A stretch of DNA of 34,007 bases from contig CAZEUW010000001.1 of the NCBI GenBank assembly GCA_964515425.1, positions 1 to 34,007 of the forward strand, given 5' to 3'. The notes under the pieces are model-generated. The model was not told where the DNA came from. It saw only the letters and a program-made list of their open reading frames with translations, and made no database searches. The translations under genes and the position numbers were made by a program. Positions 1 through 7,223 of the stretch are shown one piece after another (positions within the stretch are counted from its first letter, which is position 1; every line of letters starts with the position of its first letter). The DNA is from an uncultured Gemmatimonadota bacterium (GTDB lineage Bacteria > Gemmatimonadota > Gemmatimonadetes > Palauibacterales > Palauibacteraceae).

Positions 1-10
1 GCCGGCCCGC

Positions 11-1156
11 GTGCTGGTCCTGGTCGGAACGCGCCCGGAGGCCATCAAGATGGCCCCGGTCGTGACGGCGATCGGCGAGCGCCGGGAGCTGGAGGGCGTC
101 CTCGCGCTGACCGGTCAGCACACGGACCTCGTGGACCGGGTGCTCGACACGTTCGAGCTGGTCCCGGACCACGACCTGGGCATCATGCGGGAGGGTCAGA
201 CCCTCTACCAGGTCGCCGCCGCCTGCCTCGACGGGATGCGGGACGTGGTCCGCGCCTCGGATCCCGACGTCGTCCTGGTCCAGGGCGACACGGCGAGCGC
301 GTTCTTCTCGGCCCTGTCCGGCTTCTTCGAGCGAACGCGCGTGGGGCACGTGGAGGCGGGCCTCCGGAGCGGCGACAAGTGGTCGCCGTTCCCGGAGGAG
401 ATCTTCCGTCGCCTCACCGACGACGTGGCGGACTGGCACTTCGCGCCGACGCGCGAGGCACGGGACAACCTCCTCGACTCGGGGATCCCGGAGTCGTCGG
501 TGCACCTGACGGGGAACACCGTCGTGGACGCGCTGGCGCGGCTGCGGGGCCGGGCGTCGGCGGGGCAGGGGACCGACGACCCGACGCTCCGCCGGCTGCT
601 GGGCGGGGGAGGGCGGCTGATGCTCCTCACCATGCACCGCCGGGAGTCCTTCGGCGAACCCATCCGCCGCGCCCTGCGCGCGGTCCGGGAGCTGGTCGAC
701 GAGGTCGGGGACGTGGAGGTCCTCTATCCGGTCCACCCGAATCCGGAAGTCACGGGCCCGGCCGGGGAGATCCTCGCCGGCCATCCGCGGATCCACCTCA
801 CCGATCCGCTCGGCTACTTCGACCTGCTTGGGGCGCTGGAGGCCGCCGAGCTCGTCCTCACCGATTCCGGGGGGATCCAGGAGGAGGCGCCCAGCTTCGG
901 GGTGCCGGTGCTGGTGCTTCGGGACGTGACCGAGCGGCCAGAGGGTCTGAGGGCCGGCGTGGCCCGCCTCGTCGGAACGGACCCCGAGCGGATCCGCGGC
1001 GAAGCGCTCCGGATCCTGGGCGACCCGGAGGTGCGGGCCTCCATGGCGGCGACCGCCAATCCGTACGGCGACGGACGTGCGGCCGAGCGCATCGTGGACG
1101 TGCTCGCCGCCGAACTGTGCGACGTGCCACGTCGCACCGGAGCGTGGGAGGGATGA
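11..1156 (+). CDS. wecB: UDP-N-acetylglucosamine 2-epimerase (non-hydrolysing)
   Basis: Tracked ORF 11..1156. It carries the family motifs VLVGTRPEAIKMAPV, HVEAGLRS and DSGGIQEEAP. There is no in-frame stop between the window edge and position 11, so the true start may lie upstream. The TGA stop overlaps the next ATG (ATGA at 1153-1156). Confidence 0.9.
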   Translation: MLVLVGTRPEAIKMAPVVTAIGERRELEGVLALTGQHTDLVDRVLDTFELVPDHDLGIMREGQTLYQVAAACLDGMRDVVRASDPDVVLVQGDTASAFFSALSGFFERTRVGHVEAGLRSGDKWSPFPEEIFRRLTDDVADWHFAPTREARDNLLDSGIPESSVHLTGNTVVDALARLRGRASAGQGTDDPTLRRLLGGGGRLMLLTMHRRESFGEPIRRALRAVRELVDEVGDVEVLYPVHPNPEVTGPAGEILAGHPRIHLTDPLGYFDLLGALEAAELVLTDSGGIQEEAPSFGVPVLVLRDVTERPEGLRAGVARLVGTDPERIRGEALRILGDPEVRASMAATANPYGDGRAAERIVDVLAAELCDVPRRTGAWEG

Positions 1157-2319
1157 GCGCACCGGCCGGGCGATCCGCGCCCGACGTGGCCGAGGCGGAC
1201 GACCCGCTGTCGGTGGCCATGACCTGCGTCTACTACCCGCCGGAGGTCGGCGGGCTCGAGAGCCACGTGCACCATCTCGGACGGGCGCTGGTCGGTCGGG
1301 GGCACCGCGTCGCGATGATCACCTCGCGCTCGGTGGCCGGGTCGCCGCGCGAGGAGCGGATGGAGGGCGTCGAGGTGCGGCGCACATGGATGCCCTCCCG
1401 CGGTCCCGTGGGCTGGACGGCGCACGCCGTCGCGTCGACCCCGGCCCTCTGGCGGGCGGCCCGGGACGCCGACGTCGTCCACGCCCACACCTTCGCCTCG
1501 GGGCTCCCGGCGGCCCTCGCCTGCGCGGGGACGGGCCGTCCCCTCGTCCTCACCCTGCACACCTCCCACTTCCTGCGGTTGGCCCGTCGACGCGGATGGC
1601 GCCGATACCTCGGTTGGCTCGTCCGGCGGGCCGATCGGGTGCTGGGCACGAGCGAGGAGATCCGTGACGTCGCCGGCTCGCTCGCGCCCGGCGTGGAGGT
1701 GGAGGCGATCACCAACGGCGTCGACGTGTCGCTCTTCCACCCCGACGCCGGGACTCGCCCCGCGTCCCGGGAGCTGATCGTCGTCCCGCGGCGGCTCTTC
1801 GCGAAGAACGGTGTCGAGTATTTCGTGCGGGCGCTGCCCGCCGTGGCCGAGCAGCGCGACGTCGAGGCCCTCCTGGTCGGCGACGGTCCCGAGCGAGGCC
1901 GTCTCGAGGCGCTGGTCGGCGAGCTCGGCCTCGAGGACCGGCTCGCCTTCGCCGGGGCGCAGCCGCACGAGGAGATGCCCCGCCTGCTGGCGTCGGCCAC
2001 GGTGGCCGTGATCCCTTCGCTGGCCGAAGCCACGTCGGTGGCCGCCCTCGAGGCCCTCGCGTGCGGAACGCCGGTGGCGGCCTCGCGGGTCGGCGGCCTG
2101 CCGCAGATCGTGGACGAGACGGTGGGGACGCTCTTCGAGCCGGGCGATCCCGAGGATCTGGCGAGACGGCTCCTGGCGCTCCTCGGGCGCGAGGACCTGT
2201 CGGAAGCCGGCCGTCGCGGGCGGGAGCGCGTGGTCGAGCGATGGAGCAACGAGCGGCTCGCCCGGGAGCACGAGAGCTGGTATCGGGACGTGATCTCCGG
2301 TAGGGGAGGGAAGGCGTGA
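1153..2319 (+). CDS. GT4-family (GT-B fold) glycosyltransferase
   Basis: This is the in-frame 3' part of tracked ORF 379..2319, whose upstream part is Arg/Pro/Gly shadow sequence. ATG 1153 lies in an ATGA overlap with wecB; an alternative ATG is at 1219. The N-terminus reads CVYYPPEVGGLESHVHHLGRALVGRGHRV. The C-terminal nucleotide-sugar region reads PSLAEATSVAALEALACGTPVAASRVGGLPQIV. Confidence 0.85.
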   Translation: MSAPAGRSAPDVAEADDPLSVAMTCVYYPPEVGGLESHVHHLGRALVGRGHRVAMITSRSVAGSPREERMEGVEVRRTWMPSRGPVGWTAHAVASTPALWRAARDADVVHAHTFASGLPAALACAGTGRPLVLTLHTSHFLRLARRRGWRRYLGWLVRRADRVLGTSEEIRDVAGSLAPGVEVEAITNGVDVSLFHPDAGTRPASRELIVVPRRLFAKNGVEYFVRALPAVAEQRDVEALLVGDGPERGRLEALVGELGLEDRLAFAGAQPHEEMPRLLASATVAVIPSLAEATSVAALEALACGTPVAASRVGGLPQIVDETVGTLFEPGDPEDLARRLLALLGREDLSEAGRRGRERVVERWSNERLAREHESWYRDVISGRGGKA

Positions 2320-3098
2320 CGAACGGAGAGGAGCGGGAGGGTCGTCCGTTGCCCGACGGTCCCTACCTGGTCGTCGTCCCCACGTACGACGAGGCGGACA
2401 ACCTCCCCCGTCTCGTGCCCCGGATCCTCGAGCAGGACGAGCGCCTGCACGTCCTGATCGTGGACGACGCCTCGCCCGACGGCACGGGCGAGGTGGCCGA
2501 GCGTCTCGCCCGCGAGCGCGACGACGGCCGCATCCACGTCAAGCACCGCTCCGGCAAGCTCGGCCTCGGCAGCGCCTACATCGAGGGATTCCGGTGGGGT
2601 CTGGAGCGCGACTACGGCCTCTTCTTCGAGATGGACGCCGATTTCTCGCACGATCCCCGGCATCTACCGGAATTCCTCGAGGCGATCTCGGAACACGACC
2701 TCGTGCTGGGCGCGCGCTACCTGGAGGGGCGGGTCACGGTCGTCAACTGGCCGATGACGCGTCTACTGCTGAGCTACTTTGGAAGCCTGTATGCACGTGT
2801 CATAACAGGACTTCCTCTACACGACCTCACGACCGGCTTCAAGTGCTTCCGACGCCGGGTCCTGGAGACGCTCGACCTCGACGCCGTCGAGTCCGAAGGC
2901 TACGCATTCCAGATCGAGATGACCTTCCGCACCTGGAAAGCCGGATTCTCGGTCGGCCAGATCCCGATCGTCTTCGTCGAGCGCGAGGAGGGCGAGTCGA
3001 AGATGTCCCACCGCATCATCCGCGAGGCGGTCTGGAAGGTCTGGAAGTTCCGGCTGCTGGACCTCTTCGGGCGTCTGGACCCCGGTGCGGGCGACTGA
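2316..3098 (+). CDS. GT2 polyprenol-phosphate glycosyltransferase (Dpm1 / polyprenol monophosphomannose synthase-like)
   Basis: Motifs VVVPTYDEADNL, LIVDDASPDGT and DADFSHDP are present. GTG 2316 lies in a GTGA overlap with the GT4 gene stop, and a GGGGAGGG Shine-Dalgarno sequence sits just upstream. Confidence 0.85.
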   Translation: MTNGEEREGRPLPDGPYLVVVPTYDEADNLPRLVPRILEQDERLHVLIVDDASPDGTGEVAERLARERDDGRIHVKHRSGKLGLGSAYIEGFRWGLERDYGLFFEMDADFSHDPRHLPEFLEAISEHDLVLGARYLEGRVTVVNWPMTRLLLSYFGSLYARVITGLPLHDLTTGFKCFRRRVLETLDLDAVESEGYAFQIEMTFRTWKAGFSVGQIPIVFVEREEGESKMSHRIIREAVWKVWKFRLLDLFGRLDPGAGD

Positions 3099-3292
3099 GC
3101 GTCGGAAGAAGCCGCCGGCCGGACCGGCGCGATCCGCGAATTTCGGCGCCAGGACGTCTCTCGAGGCGTTTTCTCCGCGTCTCCCGCCGTCTGTCCGTGG
3201 GCGCTGGACGCTGGATGTTGCGGCCGCGTCGTGCTCGGCGGCGGGGCGGTGAGTCCGAGGTTCCGCGTGCAGCCCCGAGGTGCGAGCCGCGG

Positions 3293-3322
3293 CGTGCTAG
3301 TTTACATAATATACATTATATG
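3293..3322 (+). promoter_or_regulatory. AT-rich island 1: promoter-like element (CGTG-N4-TTTACAT-N8-TTATAT) pointing rightward into a gene-free spacer
   Basis: About 30 nt of strongly AT-rich sequence in an otherwise ~70% GC window. TTTACA lies at 3301-3306 and TTATAT at 3316-3321. The architecture matches island 2, which sits exactly where the yfgM-like gene needs a promoter. Confidence 0.4.
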
Positions 3323-3416
3323 CCATGTGGAAAACGGCGGGGAAAACGGGCGCTCCGCGTCGATCGGAGGGTTCGGAGGATGCCGAGAATTGACGGAGAT
3401 GCGGCGTGAGCCGGCC

Positions 3417-4148
3417 TCAGCTCCCCGATTCGGAGCCGGAGTCGCCCTCGGGACCGGCCATCAGACCGCGGATCTCCCCGGCACGGACCGCGTAGAGGCT
3501 CGTCGCCTCGGTCTCCTCCGCCTGGGCGGCGAGACGCTCGTAGACGCCGAGCGCCTCCTCGAGACGACCGGCGTCCCTGAGGATGCGCGCCCGCTCGGCC
3601 GACGCCAGCCGTCGCTGGAAGTCGAATCGCGCCCGCTCGGCGAGTTGTGACAGGACCTCGAGCGCCTGCTCCGTCCGACCTGCGGCTTCGAGTGCCTGCG
3701 CCTGGATCCGCCGGGTCGCGAACCCGGTGGGTTCGTCGGGGCTGGTGGCCTCGACCGCCGGCTGGATCGTGGCGACGGCCTCGGAGCCCTGGCCCGTGGC
3801 CAGTTGCTGGCGAGCCAGCACGATGCGGGCCTCCATCCCGGCATCGGTGTCGCCGAATCGTTCGAGATAGTTCTGCACGGCGGCGACGGGCGCCGGATTC
3901 TGGCCGGACGCGATCTCGGAGCGGAGCTGCGCGAGGCGCTGGTTCGCGCGCTGCTCGAGATTCTGCTGATAGCTCGTGTACCAGAGCGCGCCGCCCACGA
4001 CGACCGCGAGGACGAAAGCGCCGACGACCACGGTCACGGTGTTCGATCGAACCCAGGCGATCACCCGGTCGACGGTCCTGAGGAAGGCGTCCTCGCGCTC
4101 GTGCGGGCCCTTCCCGCCCTTCTTCGGGTTGGCTACGGCTCCCGGCAT
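3417..4148 (-). CDS. Single-pass membrane protein with a helical-repeat (TPR-like) ectodomain, YfgM-like architecture
   Basis: ATG 4148 is preceded by GGGAGGA. The protein has a basic N-terminus, one TM helix (VTVVVGAFVLAVVVGGALWY), then an Ala/Gln/Glu-rich helical region and a Gly/Ser/Glu tail. The family assignment rests on architecture only. Confidence 0.7.
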   Translation of the reverse strand: MPGAVANPKKGGKGPHEREDAFLRTVDRVIAWVRSNTVTVVVGAFVLAVVVGGALWYTSYQQNLEQRANQRLAQLRSEIASGQNPAPVAAVQNYLERFGDTDAGMEARIVLARQQLATGQGSEAVATIQPAVEATSPDEPTGFATRRIQAQALEAAGRTEQALEVLSQLAERARFDFQRRLASAERARILRDAGRLEEALGVYERLAAQAEETEATSLYAVRAGEIRGLMAGPEGDSGSESGS

Positions 4149-4195
4149 CGTTCCTCCCGTCCGCGTGCGGTCGCGCCCTCGGGCACGACCCTGGA

Positions 4196-4240
4196 TGAAC
4201 TATTATAAAGGTATGATGTAAAACACGTTATAATGGTTCG
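4196..4240 (-). promoter_or_regulatory. AT-rich island 2: probable promoter of the yfgM-like gene
   Basis: The minus strand reads CGTGTTTTACATCATACCTTTATAATAG. TTTACA occupies plus-strand 4222..4217 and a perfect TATAAT occupies 4207..4202. That places a start site about 45-50 nt upstream of ATG 4148. The TAA stop of the upstream gene lies inside the TATAAT. Confidence 0.55.
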
Positions 4241-4811
4241 ACAGCATGATCATCTCGTCCCCGTCGCGGGCCGCGATCGCCACGATCGCGACGACGGATG
4301 CGTTGCCCTGCTCCAGAGTCCGGACGAGATCGGCCGTCGGCGTGGCCCGGATCGTCTCGCCGACGATCGCGACTCGGCGGCCCTCGAGGTCGGCGGCGCC
4401 CCCCGCCCCGGCGGCGTCCCGTGCAGCGGTGAGGAGGGGAAGCCCCGTGCGGTCTGCGATCACGGTCGCGATGCCCGCGGGGTCGGCGCCCGCCCGGACC
4501 AGGACGTCGGGCACGTGCGAGCGGATCTCGTCCTCCAGGCGCTCGAAGATCCGTTCGCGCACACGGGGAGCGTCGAGCGGTACGAGCGACCCGTCGAACT
4601 CGGCCGGTGCGTCGTCCGACTCTCCCTGCAGGGGGCGCGCCAGCTCCTCGTCGCGCCGGGAGGACCCGGCACGAGGGGACGCCGGCGCGTAGGGCTCGGG
4701 TGGCCACACCGGTGCGGATGCCCCCCCGCGCTGCACCGCACCCGGGAGGTCCGTCGAGCCGGCCGGTCGCGGCACGTACACCTCCGGCGGGCGCTCGGCG
4801 GCACCACTCAA
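4203..4811 (-). CDS. Hypothetical protein: Pro-rich disordered N-terminus plus a C-terminal domain with faint phosphoribosyltransferase-like pattern
   Basis: This is the 3' part of tracked ORF 4203..5216. TTG 4811 lies in a TTGA overlap with the dedA stop; GTG 4818 is an alternative. GC3 is high except in the last ~12 codons, which run into AT island 2. The segment RRVAIVGETIRATPTADLV resembles a degenerate PRPP loop. Confidence 0.55.
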   Translation of the reverse strand: MSGAAERPPEVYVPRPAGSTDLPGAVQRGGASAPVWPPEPYAPASPRAGSSRRDEELARPLQGESDDAPAEFDGSLVPLDAPRVRERIFERLEDEIRSHVPDVLVRAGADPAGIATVIADRTGLPLLTAARDAAGAGGAADLEGRRVAIVGETIRATPTADLVRTLEQGNASVVAIVAIAARDGDEMIMLSNHYNVFYIIPL

Positions 4812-5428
4812 AACAGCCACCTCACGGCCGCGAAGCCGGCGACGATCAGCACCACCAGCAGGATCGTCAGCAGGTTGAACCACCTGTCGATGAATTCCCT
4901 CACCGGCTCGCCGAAGATCCTCAGCAGGCCGGCCACCAGGAAGAAGCGGGCACCGCGGCTGACCACGGAGATCCCGAGGAACGGAAGGATCGGTACTTTG
5001 AAGCCGCCGGCCGCGATCGTGAAGACTTTGAACGGGATCGGCGTGAAGCCCGCCGCGCCGAGGGTCACGACCAGGTTGTCGTGGTAGAGCGCCCCCATCC
5101 GCCGGTAGAGATTTCCGTAGCCGTAGGTTTCGAGGATCCAGCGGCCCGCGGAGTCGTAGAGCGCCGCGCCCACCCAATACCCGATCACGGCCCCTGCCAG
5201 CGAGCCCGCCGTGCACAGGAGGGCGAAGCGCAGCGCCCGTTTCGGATCGCCGAGGCAGAGGGGGATGAGGAGTACGTCGGGCGGGATCGGGAAGAAGACG
5301 GCCTCCGCCACCGCCACCCCGAACAGCGCGCCCGGACCGCCGGGCCGATCGGCCCAGGAGAGCACCCAGTCGTAGAGTCGACGGATCGCGTTGGGACGAC
5401 GTCCCTCTCCGGAGGGCCCGGGGCTCAC
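4808..5428 (-). CDS. DedA/YqaA-family (SNARE-associated) inner-membrane protein
   Basis: This is the 3' part of tracked ORF 4808..5767. The motif RRLYDWVLSWADRPG...AEAVFFPIPPDVLL matches the YqaA-type N-terminus. GTG 5428 lies in a GTGA overlap with the pcm stop. Confidence 0.85.
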   Translation of the reverse strand: MSPGPSGEGRRPNAIRRLYDWVLSWADRPGGPGALFGVAVAEAVFFPIPPDVLLIPLCLGDPKRALRFALLCTAGSLAGAVIGYWVGAALYDSAGRWILETYGYGNLYRRMGALYHDNLVVTLGAAGFTPIPFKVFTIAAGGFKVPILPFLGISVVSRGARFFLVAGLLRIFGEPVREFIDRWFNLLTILLVVLIVAGFAAVRWLF

Positions 5429-6072
5429 CAGCCCAGCTCCCCCACGAGCGGAACGAAGCGCGCCTGGTCGAGCACGGTCTCCTCGAACCGGTCGCCGCGT
5501 CGGCGGACGAGCCTCAGCTCCTGCGCGTCCTCGTCCCCCACCGGGACGAGCAGCCGTCCCCGGTCGGCGAGCTGGTCCCGGAGGTCTTCCGGGACGTCCG
5601 GGGCCGCGGCCCCGACCAGCACCGCGTCGTAGGGGGCGTGCTCGGGCCACCCCCGGCTCCCGTCGCCCGTGCGGAGTGTCACGTTTTCCAGCTCCAGCAC
5701 CGCGAGGCGCTCCCGCGCGACCTCGGCCAGCGTCTCGACCCGCTCGACGGAATAGACGTGTGCGCACAGCGTCGAGAGGAGCGCGGTCTGGAATCCCGAT
5801 CCGGTCCCCACCTCCAGCACGCGGTCCTCACCGTCGAGCTCCGCTGCGGCCAGGTGGAAGGCGTGCACGGACGGTCGCGAGATCGTCTGCCCGTGGCCGA
5901 TCGGGAGGGCGGCGTCCTCGTAGGCGCGGTGGGCGACCGACTCGGGGACGAACCGGTGCCGCGGCACGACGTCGAAGGCGTGGAGGACGGCGAGGTCGTC
6001 CACGCCCGCTCTGCGCAGCCGCTCGACCAGCCGGCGCCGGTCGCGCCGGTACCGCGCCTCTCCCGCGGTCAC
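5425..6072 (-). CDS. pcm: Protein-L-isoaspartate O-methyltransferase
   Basis: Motifs PRHRFVP, GHGQTISRPSV, VLEVGTGSGFQTALL and PYDAVLVGAA are present. GTG 6072 lies in a GTGA overlap with the surE stop and is preceded by GGAGAG. The tracked start at 6093 is also a GTG but has no Shine-Dalgarno sequence. Confidence 0.9.
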   Translation of the reverse strand: MTAGEARYRRDRRRLVERLRRAGVDDLAVLHAFDVVPRHRFVPESVAHRAYEDAALPIGHGQTISRPSVHAFHLAAAELDGEDRVLEVGTGSGFQTALLSTLCAHVYSVERVETLAEVARERLAVLELENVTLRTGDGSRGWPEHAPYDAVLVGAAAPDVPEDLRDQLADRGRLLVPVGDEDAQELRLVRRRGDRFEETVLDQARFVPLVGELGW

Positions 6073-6866
6073 GATTCGCTCTCCAGCTTCCACGAGCGGA
6101 CCCGCTCGATCAGCTCGAAGTTGGTGAGGTCGAGGTGCATGGGGGTGACCGAGATGAATCCGGCCTCGACGGCACGGAAGTCCGAGTCCTCGCGCCCGGT
6201 CCAGTGGGAGCGTCCGCCGCCGATCCAGAAGTACTCCTGGCCGTGCGGATCGCGGTTGCGGGAGAGCGAGTCCGAATAGACGCGTCGTCCGAGCGCCGTC
6301 ACCCGAACGCCCTCGACCTCGTCCGGGTGCAGGGGCGGGAGGTTCACGTTGAAGAAGGTCTCCTCCGGGAAATCGTCGCGCTCCAGCAGGGTGCCCAGCA
6401 GCTCCCGGACCCGGGGGCCGTAGTCGCGCAGCCGCTCCTCGCGGTCCCCGGTGAAGGAGATCGCGATGCTCGGAATGCCCAGGATCGTTCCCTCCATCGC
6501 CGCGGCCACGGTCCCGGAATAGAGGACGTCCTCCCCCATGTTCGGGCCGTGGTTGATGCCCGACAGGATGAAGTCCGGCCGATGGTCGAGGAGCTGGTTG
6601 ACGGCCAACAGCACACAGTCGGTCGGCGTGCCGTCCACGACGTAGCGGTCCCTCTCCACCCGGGTGGCGCGCAGCGGCCGATGCAGGGTCAGCGAGTGGC
6701 TGCTCGCGCTCTGCTGGCGGTCGGGCGCCACGACCACGGTGCGTCCGAGCTCGTCGGCGGCCTCGGAGAGCACGCTCAGGCCGCGGGCGTGGACGCCGTC
6801 GTCGTTGGTGAGGAGGATGCGCGGCCGTCCGTCCCCCCCCTCGGCGCTCGGAGGCGGGGACGTCAT
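6069..6866 (-). CDS. surE: 5'/3'-nucleotidase SurE
   Basis: The N-terminus ILLTNDDGVHARGL and the motif GINHGPNMGEDVLYSGTVAAAMEG are present. The ATGA overlap at 6863-6866 joins it to the upstream MerR gene. The surE-pcm order is classic. Confidence 0.92.
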   Translation of the reverse strand: MTSPPPSAEGGDGRPRILLTNDDGVHARGLSVLSEAADELGRTVVVAPDRQQSASSHSLTLHRPLRATRVERDRYVVDGTPTDCVLLAVNQLLDHRPDFILSGINHGPNMGEDVLYSGTVAAAMEGTILGIPSIAISFTGDREERLRDYGPRVRELLGTLLERDDFPEETFFNVNLPPLHPDEVEGVRVTALGRRVYSDSLSRNRDPHGQEYFWIGGGRSHWTGREDSDFRAVEAGFISVTPMHLDLTNFELIERVRSWKLESES

Positions 6867-7222
6867 TCCTCGAGCGTGAGGAGATCCACGAGCTCGTCCG
6901 CCTCGCGGCGGAGGTCCTTCACGGTCCTCGTGTCCCAGGCCACGCGCGAGGCTCGGGCGAGCTTCCCCTCCTTGCGGAGCTGCTCCAGCTTCTCGGCGGC
7001 ACCCTCGATCGTGTACTTCTCGGTGTAGAGCAGGTGCCGGAGCAGCTGCACGAGCTTGATCTGCTTGCGGCGGTAGACGCGGTTCCCGGCCTGGTTCTTG
7101 GAGGGGTTGAGCGCCGTGAACTGCGTCTCCCAGTAGCGGAGGACGTGGGGCTTGAGGTCGGTGATCTCGGCGACCTCTCCGATGGAATAGTATTCCTTGG
7201 GGGCGATGCGATCGTTGGTCAC
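6863..7222 (-). CDS. Short MerR-family HTH transcriptional regulator (no effector domain)
   Basis: This is the 3' part of tracked ORF 6863..7369. GTG 7222 lies 1 nt after the gpsA stop. YSIGEVAEITDLKPHVLRYWE fits the MerR helix-turn-helix, followed by a coiled-coil segment. The product is 119 aa. Confidence 0.8.
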   Translation of the reverse strand: MTNDRIAPKEYYSIGEVAEITDLKPHVLRYWETQFTALNPSKNQAGNRVYRRKQIKLVQLLRHLLYTEKYTIEGAAEKLEQLRKEGKLARASRVAWDTRTVKDLRREADELVDLLTLEE

Positions 7223-7223
7223 G

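Noticed and set aside
1153-2319. The GT4 glycosyltransferase as BshA, the partner of bshC at 18214.
   Set aside because: The N-terminal region (YYPPEVGGLESHV) looks like a generic GT4. The gene is coupled to wecB and a Dpm1-like GT2, not to bsh genes. I have no positive evidence without an alignment.
3113-3129. GC hairpin CGCCGG-ccgga-CCGGCG, 15 nt after the GT2 stop, as an intrinsic terminator.
   Set aside because: The stem is only 6 bp and no U-tract follows. It may still contribute to termination, but I cannot support the call.
3364-3380. The GGTTCGGAGG segment resembles a tRNA T-arm, which raised the possibility of a tRNA or tmRNA-like gene in the spacer.
   Set aside because: I could not fold an acceptor stem, a D-arm or an anticodon arm around it. 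The match is limited to a few nucleotides.
3231-3650. Plus-strand ORF of 139 aa crossing AT island 1 and running antisense into the yfgM-like gene. ORF 2594..3409 falls in the same category.
   Set aside because: It has no Shine-Dalgarno sequence and an implausible composition. It reads straight through the AT-rich island (…VYIIYIICHVENG…) and overlaps the better-supported minus-strand CDS.
3291-4240. The two inverted AT-rich islands as terminal inverted repeats of a mobile element or as an invertible DNA switch.
   Set aside because: No transposase or recombinase lies inside or nearby. The enclosed ~0.9 kb has the same GC content and codon style as the rest of the window. I saw no flanking target-site duplication, and the repeats are short and imperfect. 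A shared promoter or regulatory architecture explains them more simply. It remains a fallback hypothesis.
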